A stretch of 64,000 bases of DNA from contig NC_081357.1 of NCBI RefSeq assembly GCF_030684315.1, positions 70,288,629 through 70,352,628 of the forward strand, in the 5' to 3' direction. Both the position numbers and the translations under genes were made by a program. This document shows, in pieces, positions 50,880 through 62,600 of this stretch. This stretch comes from Stegostoma tigrinum. Lineage: Eukaryota. Position 1 is the first letter of the stretch, and each line of letters starts with the position of its first letter. The notes beneath the pieces were generated by a model. It saw only the letters and a list, made by a program, of their open reading frames with translations. It was not told the origin of the DNA and did no database searches.

Positions 50880-52230
50880 AAAGAAGGCATATACTAAAAG
50901 CTGACAAGCTCCCAGATCCAAATGGATGTCATCCTAGTTTCTTGAAATAAGTGACCACTGAAATAGTAGACACGTTTGCTTTACTTTTCCAAAAGTCTCT
51001 GGAAAGAGATCAAGTTGGAAAATAAAGAAAGTGACTTCTCTGTTCAAGAAATTGGATAGCAAGAAGGAACCGCAAGTCAGTTAGCTTAACATCTTTCATT
51101 GGGAAACTTCTGAGGTCTATTACTAATGAGTTATAACAGTGCACTTCAGAAAATCACAATGTGATCAAGCAGAATCAACAATGTTTTGTGAAATTGAAGT
51201 CGTACTTTAATAATTTATTGGAATTCTTTAAATAATTAACAAAAAATGTAGATAAACGTGAACTTGTGGACATAGTATCCATGGATTCCTAGAAAGTAAT
51301 TGACAAGATGGCATGTCAAAGGTTACTAAACAAAGTAAGATAACAAAGTGTGAAGCTGGATGAACACAGCAGGCCAAGCAGCATCTCAGGAGCACAAAAG
51401 CTGACATTTTGGGCCTAGACCCTCCAGCATCTGCAGTTCCCATTATTTCTAAACAAAGTAAGAGCCTGTTTTGCAGTGTGTAACATGTTTGAACAGATAC
51501 AAGATTTCCTGGTTGGCAAAACGTCACGAGCAGAATGCCATAAGGATCTGTACTGGGGCCTAAACTATTTACAATACATATTAATAACTTGGATGGAGGA
51601 ATTGAAGGCATGGTTCTAAATTTGCTGATGACACAAAGATCTGTAGAAAGGTGAGTTGTGACAAGGACTTGAAGGGTCTGCATATTGTTCGAGATAAGTT
51701 AATTGAGTGAACTTAAATTTGGCAAATAGATCAAATGTAGGACAGTATGAATGAGCTCACTATGGCAGGAGGAATAAAAAAGCAACATATTATTTTAATT
51801 AGGTTGTACAAGGCATTTCTAAAACCAGATGTAGAGTAGCGTGTACAGTATTGGCTATCCTATTTAAGAAAGGACATAATTATAACGAAGTAGTTCAGGT
51901 TTGCTTCACTGATTCCTGAGATGAGGAATGGTTGGATAGATTGAGCAGATATCTTTTGGAATTTTGAGGAATGAGAGGTGATCTATTGAAACATATAATA
52001 TTGTCAGGGGATTTGACAAGATCAATGTCAAGGAATATTTTCCCTTGTAGGAGAGGCTTGAACTAATGGGTGAAATTTAGAAATAAAGGTTTGAAGACAA
52101 AGATAAAGAACTTCTTTTTCTGCCAGAGGTTTGTGAATCTGTGGAATTATCCTCTCCAGACAACAATGGAAACAGGGTCGTTGGATATTTTTAATGTTGA
52201 GGAGGCAAATAGGTTTTTGAGACTAACAAG
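50880..52230 (+). mobile_element. CR1 LINE RT to 3' region, decayed
   Basis: PDPNGCHP, PLFKK, GSVLGPKLFTIHINNLD, KFADDTK, RMRGDL. Confidence 0.85.
51338..51450 (+). mobile_element. PLE-end-derived mini-element (family 1) inside CR1 RT
   Basis: Inverted arm fused directly to the tail CCAGCATCTGCAGTTCCCATTATTTCT. Perfect 15-bp repeat CTAAACAAAGTAAGA (51326-51340 / 51449-51463); removing the insert restores CR1 RT codons RLLNKVRA. Confidence 0.9.
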
Positions 52231-52454
52231 TGGTTAAAGGGAATCAGTTTTAGAAGTTTGCTTTCTAATAGCCATATTTCAACTTTAGTCGTTACACCAC
52301 AGAGTATAAATTGTATTGTTCCACAATAATAAGCACTTCTAACCCTTCAGCTTTATTTTGATACATTCACAATCTTTGTATTCAAAACTGTATTTTAATC
52401 CTTAATCTGATTCTTGTTTTTGCCATTTCTTTTGTACCCATTGCCTCTTGTACA

Positions 52455-53125
52455 TGTGACGATACGTGTCTTTAAGAGGGCTTTGTTCTGTCTTGGTTGT
52501 CTTGAAGAGGGGTGTTGACAACCTGCTACTGAGCTGTCTGCTTCATGGAAAGCAGAGTAAATAGCTTTCTTTTAAAAATTAGGTAAATGCTTGAGTTGGT
52601 GGAGTCAGGCTCACACAGACCCAGGGTTTTAGTTTTGCTTTAAGTTGTTTAAGTCGGAAATTTGGAGTTGAAACTGGTGGATACAGTTCTCTGCTGCTGT
52701 TGCAAAAAGCTGGAGTTCTCTCTCTCTGTCACTAGATTCATTCTGTCAATATTCCTTCTCTTGCTTTGGAAGAGATAGCAAGTGAGGGAAATCTGTTTTG
52801 CTGAATTTGCTCTTTCCATGGCTGTGTTCAGGGGATGCTGCAATATTAAAACAGTTGATGAGTGGTGGTGATACAATATATCATCTTATTAGTATTTCAT
52901 TATTGAGTTAATTGTTTCAGTATTGAGTTAAAGTTACACCAATTTTTTTTGTGTGTATTTTAACTGTATCACAAAAATAAGATATGATTTGCTTAAAGCC
53001 TAGCAGTTTGACCAATTAAATCACATTTGGATTGCATCGCCTTATGCTTCTCTAAATAAGATAAAAGTTAGGGTCTAGGCTATCTCCTTGACATATTTTG
53101 AGGGGGTCTGGTCTGGTCCATAATA
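52455..53125. mobile_element. Solo LTR, 671 bp
   Basis: Begins TGTGAC and ends CCATAATA (read as a mutated ...ACA). Flanked by the 4-bp direct repeat TACA (52451-52454 / 53126-53129). No internal coding region. Confidence 0.65.
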
Positions 53126-55824
53126 TACAATATTGTTTCTTTCTATATCTCAATAATTCACAAGTGTTTATTATCATTTCTCTTCAGGTAGAGATTTTTA
53201 ATTTTTTAAATTTTTATTTCAGTTAAGCATCCTGCTTTTATTCAAATAGATTTATAATTTCTGCTGTAGTCATAGTCATAGACTATCTGTATATCCCAAG
53301 CATATATGTTTAAGTCTTTCCTTAATGCTCACCTTATATTTTGTGGTAGCACATTTGTTCTGTTTCATTCCAGTGCTTCAAGAATTTGAACCTATCTATC
53401 TGCACAAAGCATGGAGCCACAAACTGACCTCCTTAATTTTCCTTTCCTTGAAAATCCAATGTCACAGGAAGTAGGGCAGTGATTACCATTCATGAAACAT
53501 ATTTCTTAACTCAGTGCCTAATTCCTCATATACTTTCCCTAAAAGCTCTAACGTAATTCAACCTATTTCACTGAGTTCAGCATGGACCATGACTATCAAT
53601 TACTCTCTTTTGTGATGAAATGATTTCAAATTCTATGCTTTTTGAAATTGTCCATTAATTGGATTTCATAGCTGTGACAACCAACTTTCCTGTCTCTCTT
53701 GGTGTCTTTGGCAAATAGCCACCATATGTTTGCTCCCCCGCCCAGTCAAATTAGTTCATTCAAAAGGGTCAAATAAGCTACTCCTGCCCTTATTTATTAT
53801 GTTCTTATGCTCTCAAATTGCACTTGATTATACTGAATGCCATTTCAACAATGGTTTCTTGTCTGGTGGCAATAACATTAATCACAGAATAATTCACATC
53901 AGAGATCCTTTCTCATAATTATTCTGACAATAGATGGTGCATCTTTGAGAAATTCATATTATTCATATCTAATGAATGAGTTGTGGTGATGGTAATGTCA
54001 GACCTCTAGAAATTTTGCAGTATCGATGTTAACGATATTAACACATTTTCCAGGAAGTGTTGTTCACCAGAGCCAAACAGCAATCTTAGCACTATATGAG
54101 ATGCTTATTCAAACTCCCACTCAATCTATACTCTCGCAACAATTGTAACTCAGTAGGTTAACCTTATGTCAATTAGGATAGATTTATGCTTTTGGTGATT
54201 GTTAATTCCATTGGGATTTCCTGAATTTATTTTGCTTAATATATTAATTTCTTACATAAAAATCTGGCAAGATGACAGTATTGATCATCAGAAACAAATT
54301 TGAAGTTGATGGTGGAAGATTCCTTGTTATTTGAAGCTGTAAGTAACTTAATTGTCTTGTATGTCTTGACTGAAGATTCTGATTCAAGATCAACATGGAC
54401 ATCCACTGAACTGGCAGTTCATGTTGATATTTAGAGAACTTCTACATTTTTGAGACCTTTGGCCTCTATGTGGACATGTCAGCTGTTGTAATTTGTTACA
54501 GATGGTCCTTGCAGCACCTTCCAATGTTTGCCTCCATCAGGTCAATTAATTGTGGTGCTGTGGCCACAATGTAGAAGATTGTTTATTCTATTTCTGGCTG
54601 TACTGGTCCTGACCACCTTGATTCAGGATTTATATATAAATCTAACTAAAGCTCTTGTCTGACTGTCAGTGCCTATAGTTTCAGCAATGGGTAACGGATT
54701 TGATAAAGTATTGCACAGAGTTAGCTACACAAATCTTTTATTGACTACTATTGTCTTGCATAATTCCAATTCACTTGAAAGGCTTGACACACAAGAGTTA
54801 CAAAGTAACCTATGTCTGATAAGTTAGGATTTATAGTAAAATATGTGCAATATACAATATCAATCTTACTGGTATTTATTTGATTATTGCTTATCTTAAT
54901 GATTTAATTTTTATTTGTGTTGCTAATGTATGTGGCAGGTTAAAATTTAGTATGTTGCATAAACCATACATTTAAACACTATAAATTGTTTAAAATAAGT
55001 TTGAAGCACTGCTTCTGTATAATTAACATCGAACAGTTAATGTTCACAAGCAGTCATGAGAAAAAAAACTAAATATTTCTCTGCTTTGAAAGAAAAGAAA
55101 GAAACAATAAATGAGATGCTAACTTTAAGCTTGTCGTGAAGTGTATTGGCATTGAAGCAAAAGAGAAAATGACACAAAAATTGATATTAGATATCCAAAT
55201 TAGAGAAAATAGCAAATTTAACATGTGCTATTGATGGACAAAATTCAGGCTGGATAAATCAACTTCCCAGGAATGAAAGGTTGAATGATGATTTATTGTC
55301 TTTGTACTCTACAATGAACAACACAGTAAAATACAGTGAAAAGCTTCAGCAGTCACCACAATCCTGTTCCATTTTAGATTGTTTAAGAATAAAAAGATAT
55401 AGCTCAAAGACAGTCCATCTATGTTCTGCCTTGAGCCCTGAGCCAGCTGATCAATGACACCTGCACTGCCAGGGCGCTGCTGCCTGTGCCTGACCTACCA
55501 ATGTCAGAGTTGTAACCCTTCAGGAGCCATCTCCTTGTCACTGTGCCCACCTCGCCAATGGGCCACTAATGCCGGTTCCTGTGCTGGACCCATTCGCACC
55601 GTGTAACCAGGAGGCCTCGGGTCCGGCACTACCACAACTAGGAGTCCCAGACTCCTAGAATATAATGAGCATGATTTGGTTTATTGCTAAATTGTCAACA
55701 ATCATTGTCAAGAGTAAAATATGGCTCCTTTCAATGGCACTAATATTATGAGAACAAATTATGTTTCAAGGCTGGAAAAGTACTATCACTCAAAATCGAG
55801 AAATAAGTGAAAATGCGGACATAG

Positions 55825-56370
55825 TCCTATTTGCCTGCATTTAGCCCATATCCCTCTAAACCCTTCCTATTCATATACCCATCCAGATGTTGCAATTGTA
55901 CCTGCCTCCACCACTTCCTCTGGCAGCTCATTCCATACATGCAGCACCCTCTGTGTAAAATAGTTAACCCTCAGGTCCTTTTACAATCTTACCCCTCTCT
56001 CCTTAATCCTATGTCCTCTAGTTTGGACTCACTCACCTAGGAAAAAGACAATGGCTCTTCACCCTGTCCATGCACCCCTCGATTTTAGAAACTTCTATGA
56101 GGTCACCCCTCAGTCTCTGATATTCTAGGGAAAAAAAGGCCCAGCATATTCAGCCTCAAAACCTCCAATCTCAGCAACATCCTTTTGAATCTTTTCTGCA
56201 CTGTCTGAAGTTTAACAACATCCTTCCTGCAGAAGGACAACCAGAATTGTACACTGTGTTCTAAAAGTGGCCTCACCAATGTCCGGTACAGCCACAACAT
56301 GACTTCCCAACTCCTATGCTCAATGTTATGACCAATGAAGACAAACATGCCAAACGTCTTCTTCACTATC
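55825..56370 (-). mobile_element. CR1 LINE 3' portion
   Basis: ORF 56103-56366: LYRTLVRPLLEHSVQFW...DVVKLQTVQKRFKRML. Confidence 0.88.
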
Positions 56371-56649
56371 AGTCATTCCACCTTCAATGAGTTAAAGGAG
56401 ATTAAAAAAAATGAATGTCATCAATGTTAAATTCAAATATCTCTTCTGGATATCCACTCTCCAGGAGTGTGCTAAGGGTCAGCAAGTACAGGCAGTTGGT
56501 CTGAGATACTGTTATGAGTCATATGATTCTTCTGCCTCACCATCCTAATGCCATGATGCTCATACCTTCCTATGTACCAATCATGTCACATAGCAACATG
56601 AAAACCCAGAAGAGGAAGGCTTATGGAGAAAAGTAGGGGAGGAGTGGTC

Positions 56650-56810
56650 ATCCATGGCTGCCGATTCCTCTGCTACCTCTGTCTAGTCTTGCTTGATCAG
56701 GTAGACTGGCATCTCCTTCCTGTAACTTGGGAATTGAATTTCCTGCTTTGCCCTTACAACCTGAAGGAGTGCTTGCAATGAGGCATCAATGAAATCTGGG
56801 GCCATCTTTT
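56650..56810 (-). pseudogene. Harbinger-associated Myb/SANT-like DNA-binding domain relic
   Basis: MAPDFIDASLQALLQVVRAKQEIQFPSYRKEMPVYLIKQD*TEVAEE, with TAG at the position of the conserved Trp. Confidence 0.7.
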
Positions 56811-59168
56811 TCCCAGCATGTTGGCAGCAGGATCCTAGCCCATTCCTTCAACGCTCGGTTAAGTCAAAGGGGTTTAGGGCTCTTCAGCACAACCACAGAA
56901 GTGCAGGGATCCAGACTTCAGCCAAAGGTGGATCAAAGTTGCCATGTTCCTGATGAATGAGATAGCACCACATGTAGGGCAAGCAGACTTTCAAGTCTTA
57001 ATGTTGAGTGGTGCTGCGATCGGCACCTCATTGCTTATCCTCATTTATCCATTGGGTGTGCCCTGCATCTCCAGTTCATTTGCTGACTGGCCACTATGCC
57101 AGCACAATTGACTGGCAGTATGTTGCTCATTCAGCAATGGCAACTGCTTCCTGCCACTGTTGAGACTATGTGCATACAATTCAGCCTTAAGTGCATTTTC
57201 CTCAACATTATACTCACTTGGAAACCCAGCTGTTTGAAAGGTTGGGGAAGCAAATTGCTAGAAACCTGGGCGGAAGCATTCATGGCCACAAATTGTGCCA
57301 GAAAGGCTCACTTTCCAGGTGCAGTCATGAAAAAGAGATAAAATGGGAGGCACACAGTCTCATTAAAACAACAAATGTGTGTGCAGCTCCTGAAAGCAAG
57401 TTTGTCATTTTTGCATCAGAAGCAAAAATGGACATGTTTTAGGCAGGCCTGTGGCTCACGTTGAGATTTAGTTTTTACATCCAGAAAAGATAAACACATT
57501 CACATGGGGCAGGTGCTAAAATTGCATTCACAGTCTCCTTCGAATATTTCATCCAATTATACTAAAATTTGATTCATTATTTACTTATTAATGCCTTTTC
57601 TGATGTAGAGTAGATTGGACAGCAGTATGACATGTTTTTCTTCTGAATCTAACTATAACAGATTCTCTAATGTTCAGACATCTGCAACACACCTTTGTCC
57701 CAGGGGTTCTGCTAATAGTAATATATGCATGTTGAAATATCTTGATGTATTAGTTCCAACAAAATGTTTATGGATTACATCATACTGACAATTCATATTA
57801 TTGTGTGCACTAATATTGGGCAGAGACCTTTGTTACTATTGCCTGACAATCTGCAGGCCTCAAAATGGTAAACCATTCTTTTTTGTCTGAAGGATTCAGA
57901 ACAAGTAAGCTTGTCTGTTTGTCCATGCCAAGGGCATGTTAAAACCAGTGACTTATAACTGCAATGGAGTGGAGTGCACTGAGCAGCAATGCAGTATTTG
58001 CCAGTGATGAAAGTAAATCAGCTTTATGTTTTTATCCCATTTGCGTAAATGATTCCAATTGTGATAATCACCAGTCAGAATGTACTATCTGGCAAATAGT
58101 ACCTAAATGTGACTGAACGTCCAGAATGGGATTTTCTATTATTAGCCATGAGACGCTAGGTTACCAAAGAGCTGTAAAACCAACTGTCTGGGCTTTGTAA
58201 CACTTTTAGATATGCAACTACCCACCACACTAAATCTAGAATGAATTATCACTATGGACACAAATGCCTAGGGATTCCAACAAATCTGTGCAGATGAAGC
58301 TACACTTTTCACAGCCAATCACTTCTTAGTTCTGGAAATAACTGCCGAAAGAACTAATAAGACATAACATCAGGGAAGGGAATAATCAAATTTGGGATTT
58401 AGACTCAGCTTTTATAGCAAGAATTCCAATGACCCAATTATGTCTATAAAAGTGCCCTCATGAATATTTCTGAGAGTGTTTCAAGTGTGTTGAAACAGAA
58501 TTGTCTCTGTATGTTTTTATTTCTTAATATTCAGGTTTAGAGATTAACTTTGCAATAATATTGGAGGAATATGTGGTATGTTCCTGCTTGCTATTTAAAC
58601 AGGCCATCAACCTTTTAAAGTAACCAGCTAATACATGTTAAAATAGTGAACACAAGATTGCCAAAGAAAGGCACAGAGCATTCATCCTCTAATATCAATA
58701 AAAATAAATTCCTGGTCCCTTTGCTTTTCTCTGAGATTTGGATAATCCTGGAATTAAGCTGCCCTTTATCTGCAATTTAAAATCTTCTTCAGATGTTTCT
58801 TGTCGTTATGTGTTGTGTATTGAAATGAGCAGAATGATTACTATGGCAGAAATTAAGTTGAAACTATCCAAAGCCAAAATGAAAACATCCAAAATCGTAA
58901 AGCTTCAGTTTTAAGTGCTATAACTTGAAAAAACATTTGTAAGCATTAACAATGTCTTATAAGCTTCCACCACATACATTCATTATTGAGCTAGAAGTAA
59001 CAGTGTGCGATCATAACAAATTACATATGCCTCAGAGACCTGAAAAGTTCAATAAATTAATGACCAATTAACCAACTAACCATGTAGTGCACACATGGAA
59101 GGCCCCAAAGGGCAAATGCATTTATATATAAAAAAATGCCAAGCAAAAGCATAGTATAAGAAGTTAAA

Positions 59169-59375
59169 GAGATAACAAAGTATAGAGCTGGATGAGCACA
59201 GCAGGGCAAGCAGCACCTTAGGAGCACAAAAGCTGACGTTTCGGGCCTAGATGAAGGGTCTAGGCCCGAAACGTCAGCTTTTGTGCTCCTAAGATGCTGC
59301 TTGGCCTGCTGTATTCATTCAGCTCTACGCTTTGTTATCTCGGATTCTCCAGTATCTGCAGTTCCTACTATCCCT
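59169..59375 (+). mobile_element. PLE-end-derived fold-back mini-element (family 1), best-preserved copy
   Basis: ~82-bp inverted arms around ATGAAGGGT, a 34-nt tail (59342-59375), and a perfect TSD GTATAAGAAGTTAAA (59154-59168 / 59376-59390). Confidence 0.92.
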
Positions 59376-59559
59376 GTATAAGAAGTTAAATATTATTCTA
59401 CAACTATGTACACTTGTTGAAGCTTAAAAAGAAAGAGGCAAGGCAAGACCTTCAAGAAGGAAATAGTTTGGAAACAGTTTAAACATCCCCACAACGAGGG
59501 AAGGCCATCCAAAACTAGGACTCTCTGAATGACAAAAAAAGTAAAAATGATAGTCAATG

Positions 59560-60285
59560 AAGAAATGTCAGATTCATAACTAATAGAAACCCAACCTGAA
59601 TACTGACTATAGAGAATAAAATGAAAATAGAGAGTGCAGAGGTAAATTGAGTGTATAAGAACAGGTTTGTTAATAATTAGATATTCTTCTATTCTGACGT
59701 ACAAAAAGGATGAAATGTGTGTTGTAAGCATACAAATATTAAAAGTGCAAGAAATTCAAAGGTAGGGTTGATTTGGAGCAAAGTTTGGTTGTTGGAGAAG
59801 CAGAAAGCATGGCTGGGGTATAAATGAGTACTTTTTGGATAAATTGTATTTGTCTTCATTAAATAAGAGAATGTTTGTAATGTCACAATAAATAAATGTC
59901 ATTGGATAGCATAAAAACAAAGAGGAGGTGCTTAAAAGGTCAGAAGTTCTTAAAGTAGAAAGATTACAGGTCTTCATGGGATATATCCAAGGTTTCTAAG
60001 GGAAATAAAGGTGAAAATTGCAAAGGTACTGGCCAGAATCTTTGAATACTCCTAAGAAATGAAAGTGGTACCGGATCTTTGGTAGATTGCATTTTTCATA
60101 ACCGGGTCAAAAAAGGGAACAGGAATACATCTGAAAATTATAAACCAGTCAGTGTAATGTTGATGATGGGTCTACTTCAGGCAACAATAACCTTGGATAA
60201 AATATGGTAATATGAGTTAGTGAATGAAAGCCAGCACGGATTGTTAAGAGTATATTTGACTAATTTGACTGAGTTCTTTGATAGA
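59560..60285 (+). mobile_element. CR1 LINE ORF2 fragment
   Basis: GIYPRFL, KKGNR..SENYKPVS, ESQHG, LTNLTEFFD. Confidence 0.75.
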
Positions 60286-60289
60286 AAAG

Positions 60290-61850
60290 CAGCACATTCC
60301 AAATCCTAACAACTCTCGAAGTAAAGAAGTTCCTCCTCATCTCACTTCTTGATGACAATTCTTGAAATTATGACTCCTAGTTACTGATATACCAACTATG
60401 GAAATAGAATATCCTTCTTTAATCTGTAAAAATTGTTCATAATTTCGAATCCCTGAATATTTCTCAAAAGAGATTAAGTTCAATTTCTCTAATCTTTTCT
60501 TGTGTCTAAAATTCTGAATTCCTTGTCTCATTCTTGTTAAACTTCTTTGCACTCTCTTCAGAGCTTTATCATCCTTCCTCAAATAAAGTGCCCACAACTG
60601 AGCATAGTACTCCAAGTCTGTCCAATGATTTATAGAGGTATAGCATCACTTCCTTGTTTTTGTTCTCTATGCATCCATTGAAAAACCCAAGGATCTGAAA
60701 ATCCTTCTTAGCAATTGTTTTAACTTGCCTTGCTGCCTTCAGAGAATTATGCACACGAACCCTGAGGTCCCTCTGCCCCTATACACCCCTCAAAGTTGTC
60801 TAATTTAGCTTGGATTGTTTCTTTTGTTTCTTCTACCTAAATGCATTATTTGACATTTCTCTGTATTAAAATTCATCTGCCAGACGTCTGACCATTTGGC
60901 CAACTTGTCAATGTCCTTTTGAAGTTGCTCAGCATCATCCCCACAATTCACTATTCTTCTGAGCTGAGTATCATATGCAATTTAGAGATTTTGCCCTCAA
61001 CACCCATGTCCAAATCATTAATATAAATCAGAAAGACAAGGTCCCTAAACTGGTCCCTGGGAACATCACTTTCAACCCTTCTCCAATCTGAGAAATGCCA
61101 TCTATACCTAGCCTCTGTTTCCTGTCTTTTAGCCAAATTTAATCCAGGTTGCCAAGAACCCATTAACCCCAAGCATTTCTAACTGGCCTGCTATGTGGCA
61201 CCATATCCAAATACTCAACATCCACAGCACAACCCTCATCCACTGTCTGGGTCACCTCATCAAAGAACTCAATTAAATTTATCAGATATGATCTGCCTTG
61301 GACAAAGCCATGTTGACTGTCTATTATTAAATTATTTTCCTCTAAGTGTATATTTACCTTATCATGTATTATGGCCTCCATCAACTCTCTCACTGTTGAT
61401 ATCAACCTAATGGATCTGTAGTTTCCTGGGTTATCCTTTGCCCCTTACTTCAGCATAAGTGTCACATTTGCAGTCATCCAGATCCGTGGGTCTAATCCTG
61501 TGTTCAGACAGGCCTGGAAAATCTTCATCAATGGCTTTGCAATGTGTTCCTTTACCTCTCTCAGTAGTCTAGGATGCATCCCATCCAGGCCTTGCAACTT
61601 TTCCACCTGGAGTGCTGCCAGCCATTTTTAGCACCTCTTGTTGATCTACCACTAAATTGTTCGGTTGCTTGACACCTGCATTTTTGCAGGCTGTGCGAAA
61701 ACAAATAATAAAATGTTTTTCAAACATATTAATGAAAAAGGATTAGAGAAAGTTGAAATGGGAGCCAGATGGAACATACAGGGTAAGCTGCTCATCGAAG
61801 TACAGATTGTGCTTCTGTCTTTCCCAAATTAGAAAATAGTGACAGTGACA
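60290..61850 (-). mobile_element. CR1 LINE RT fragment with an apparently inverted 5' segment (61690-61850 on +)
   Basis: Minus strand: DSQHGFVQGRSYLINLIEFFDEVT, FLIYINDLD, EYYAQLW...LKRVQR. Plus strand 61690-61850: KTNNKMFFKHINEK...ASVF, the ORF2 segment that normally lies just upstream. Confidence 0.8.
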
Positions 61851-62471
61851 CCAAAAGTGATCCCAATGTGCCAAAAATCTAAACCCTCCCTTCTACACCA
61901 TCCTTCAAGCCATGAATTTACTTTCTTTGCTTGAATAGTGAAGTTTATGGCAAGGCTAATATTTCTGAGATTGCAACCTCGAAAGTCCTACATTTCAATT
62001 TACTCCCTAACCCCTGAAACTCCTCCCGCAAGTCTTCCACACTTGCCCTCCCTATGTTGGTGGTTCACCATACCTTTCCAAAAGTTTATCCACATATTCC
62101 ATTATGCCCTGAACCCTTGCACTTGGAAGGCAGTAGATCATAGGGGACTCAAGTCCCTGCTGCAAAAATTAGACTGTCTATCCCTTGAACTACTGAGTCA
62201 CCCACTACTATTATTACCTTTCTAACCCAGCCTACCAGCCTCTCTCTATTTTTCCAGAGCAACTATTCTTTGACACTGGGTCCTCTGCAAACTCCTTCTC
62301 TGTCATGGTGAGGGGGCTGACGTCTCCCACAATTCTCCTCTGTCACCTCCCACCAATGCCCTCTATTGGATACTCTTCCTCCTTTTGAGCACTGGATCCT
62401 CTATATTCCCCTGGTCTTGAAGAAGACAACTTTCCAGGATGATGGAAGCAAAGCTGACACCAAGTTACATT

Positions 62472-62600
62472 TCTAAAGAAGAGTCCAGACCCGAAACGTC
62501 ACCTTTTCTGCTCCTCTGATGCTGATGGGCCTGCTGTGTGCATCCAGCTCTACACTTTGTTATCTCAGATTCTCCAGCATTGGCATTTCCTACTACCTCT
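62472..62600 (+). mobile_element. PLE-end-derived mini-element (family 1), direct arm plus tail
   Basis: Begins TCTAAAGAAGAGTCCAGACCCGAAACGTC (mutated hammerhead). Flanked by ACACCAAGTTACATT (62457-62471) and ATACCAAGTTAAATT (62601-62615). Confidence 0.85.

Noticed and set aside
59169-59341. miRNA precursor or DNA-transposon MITE
   Set aside because: The arms are PLE terminal sequence with a one-sided tail and a 15-bp TSD.
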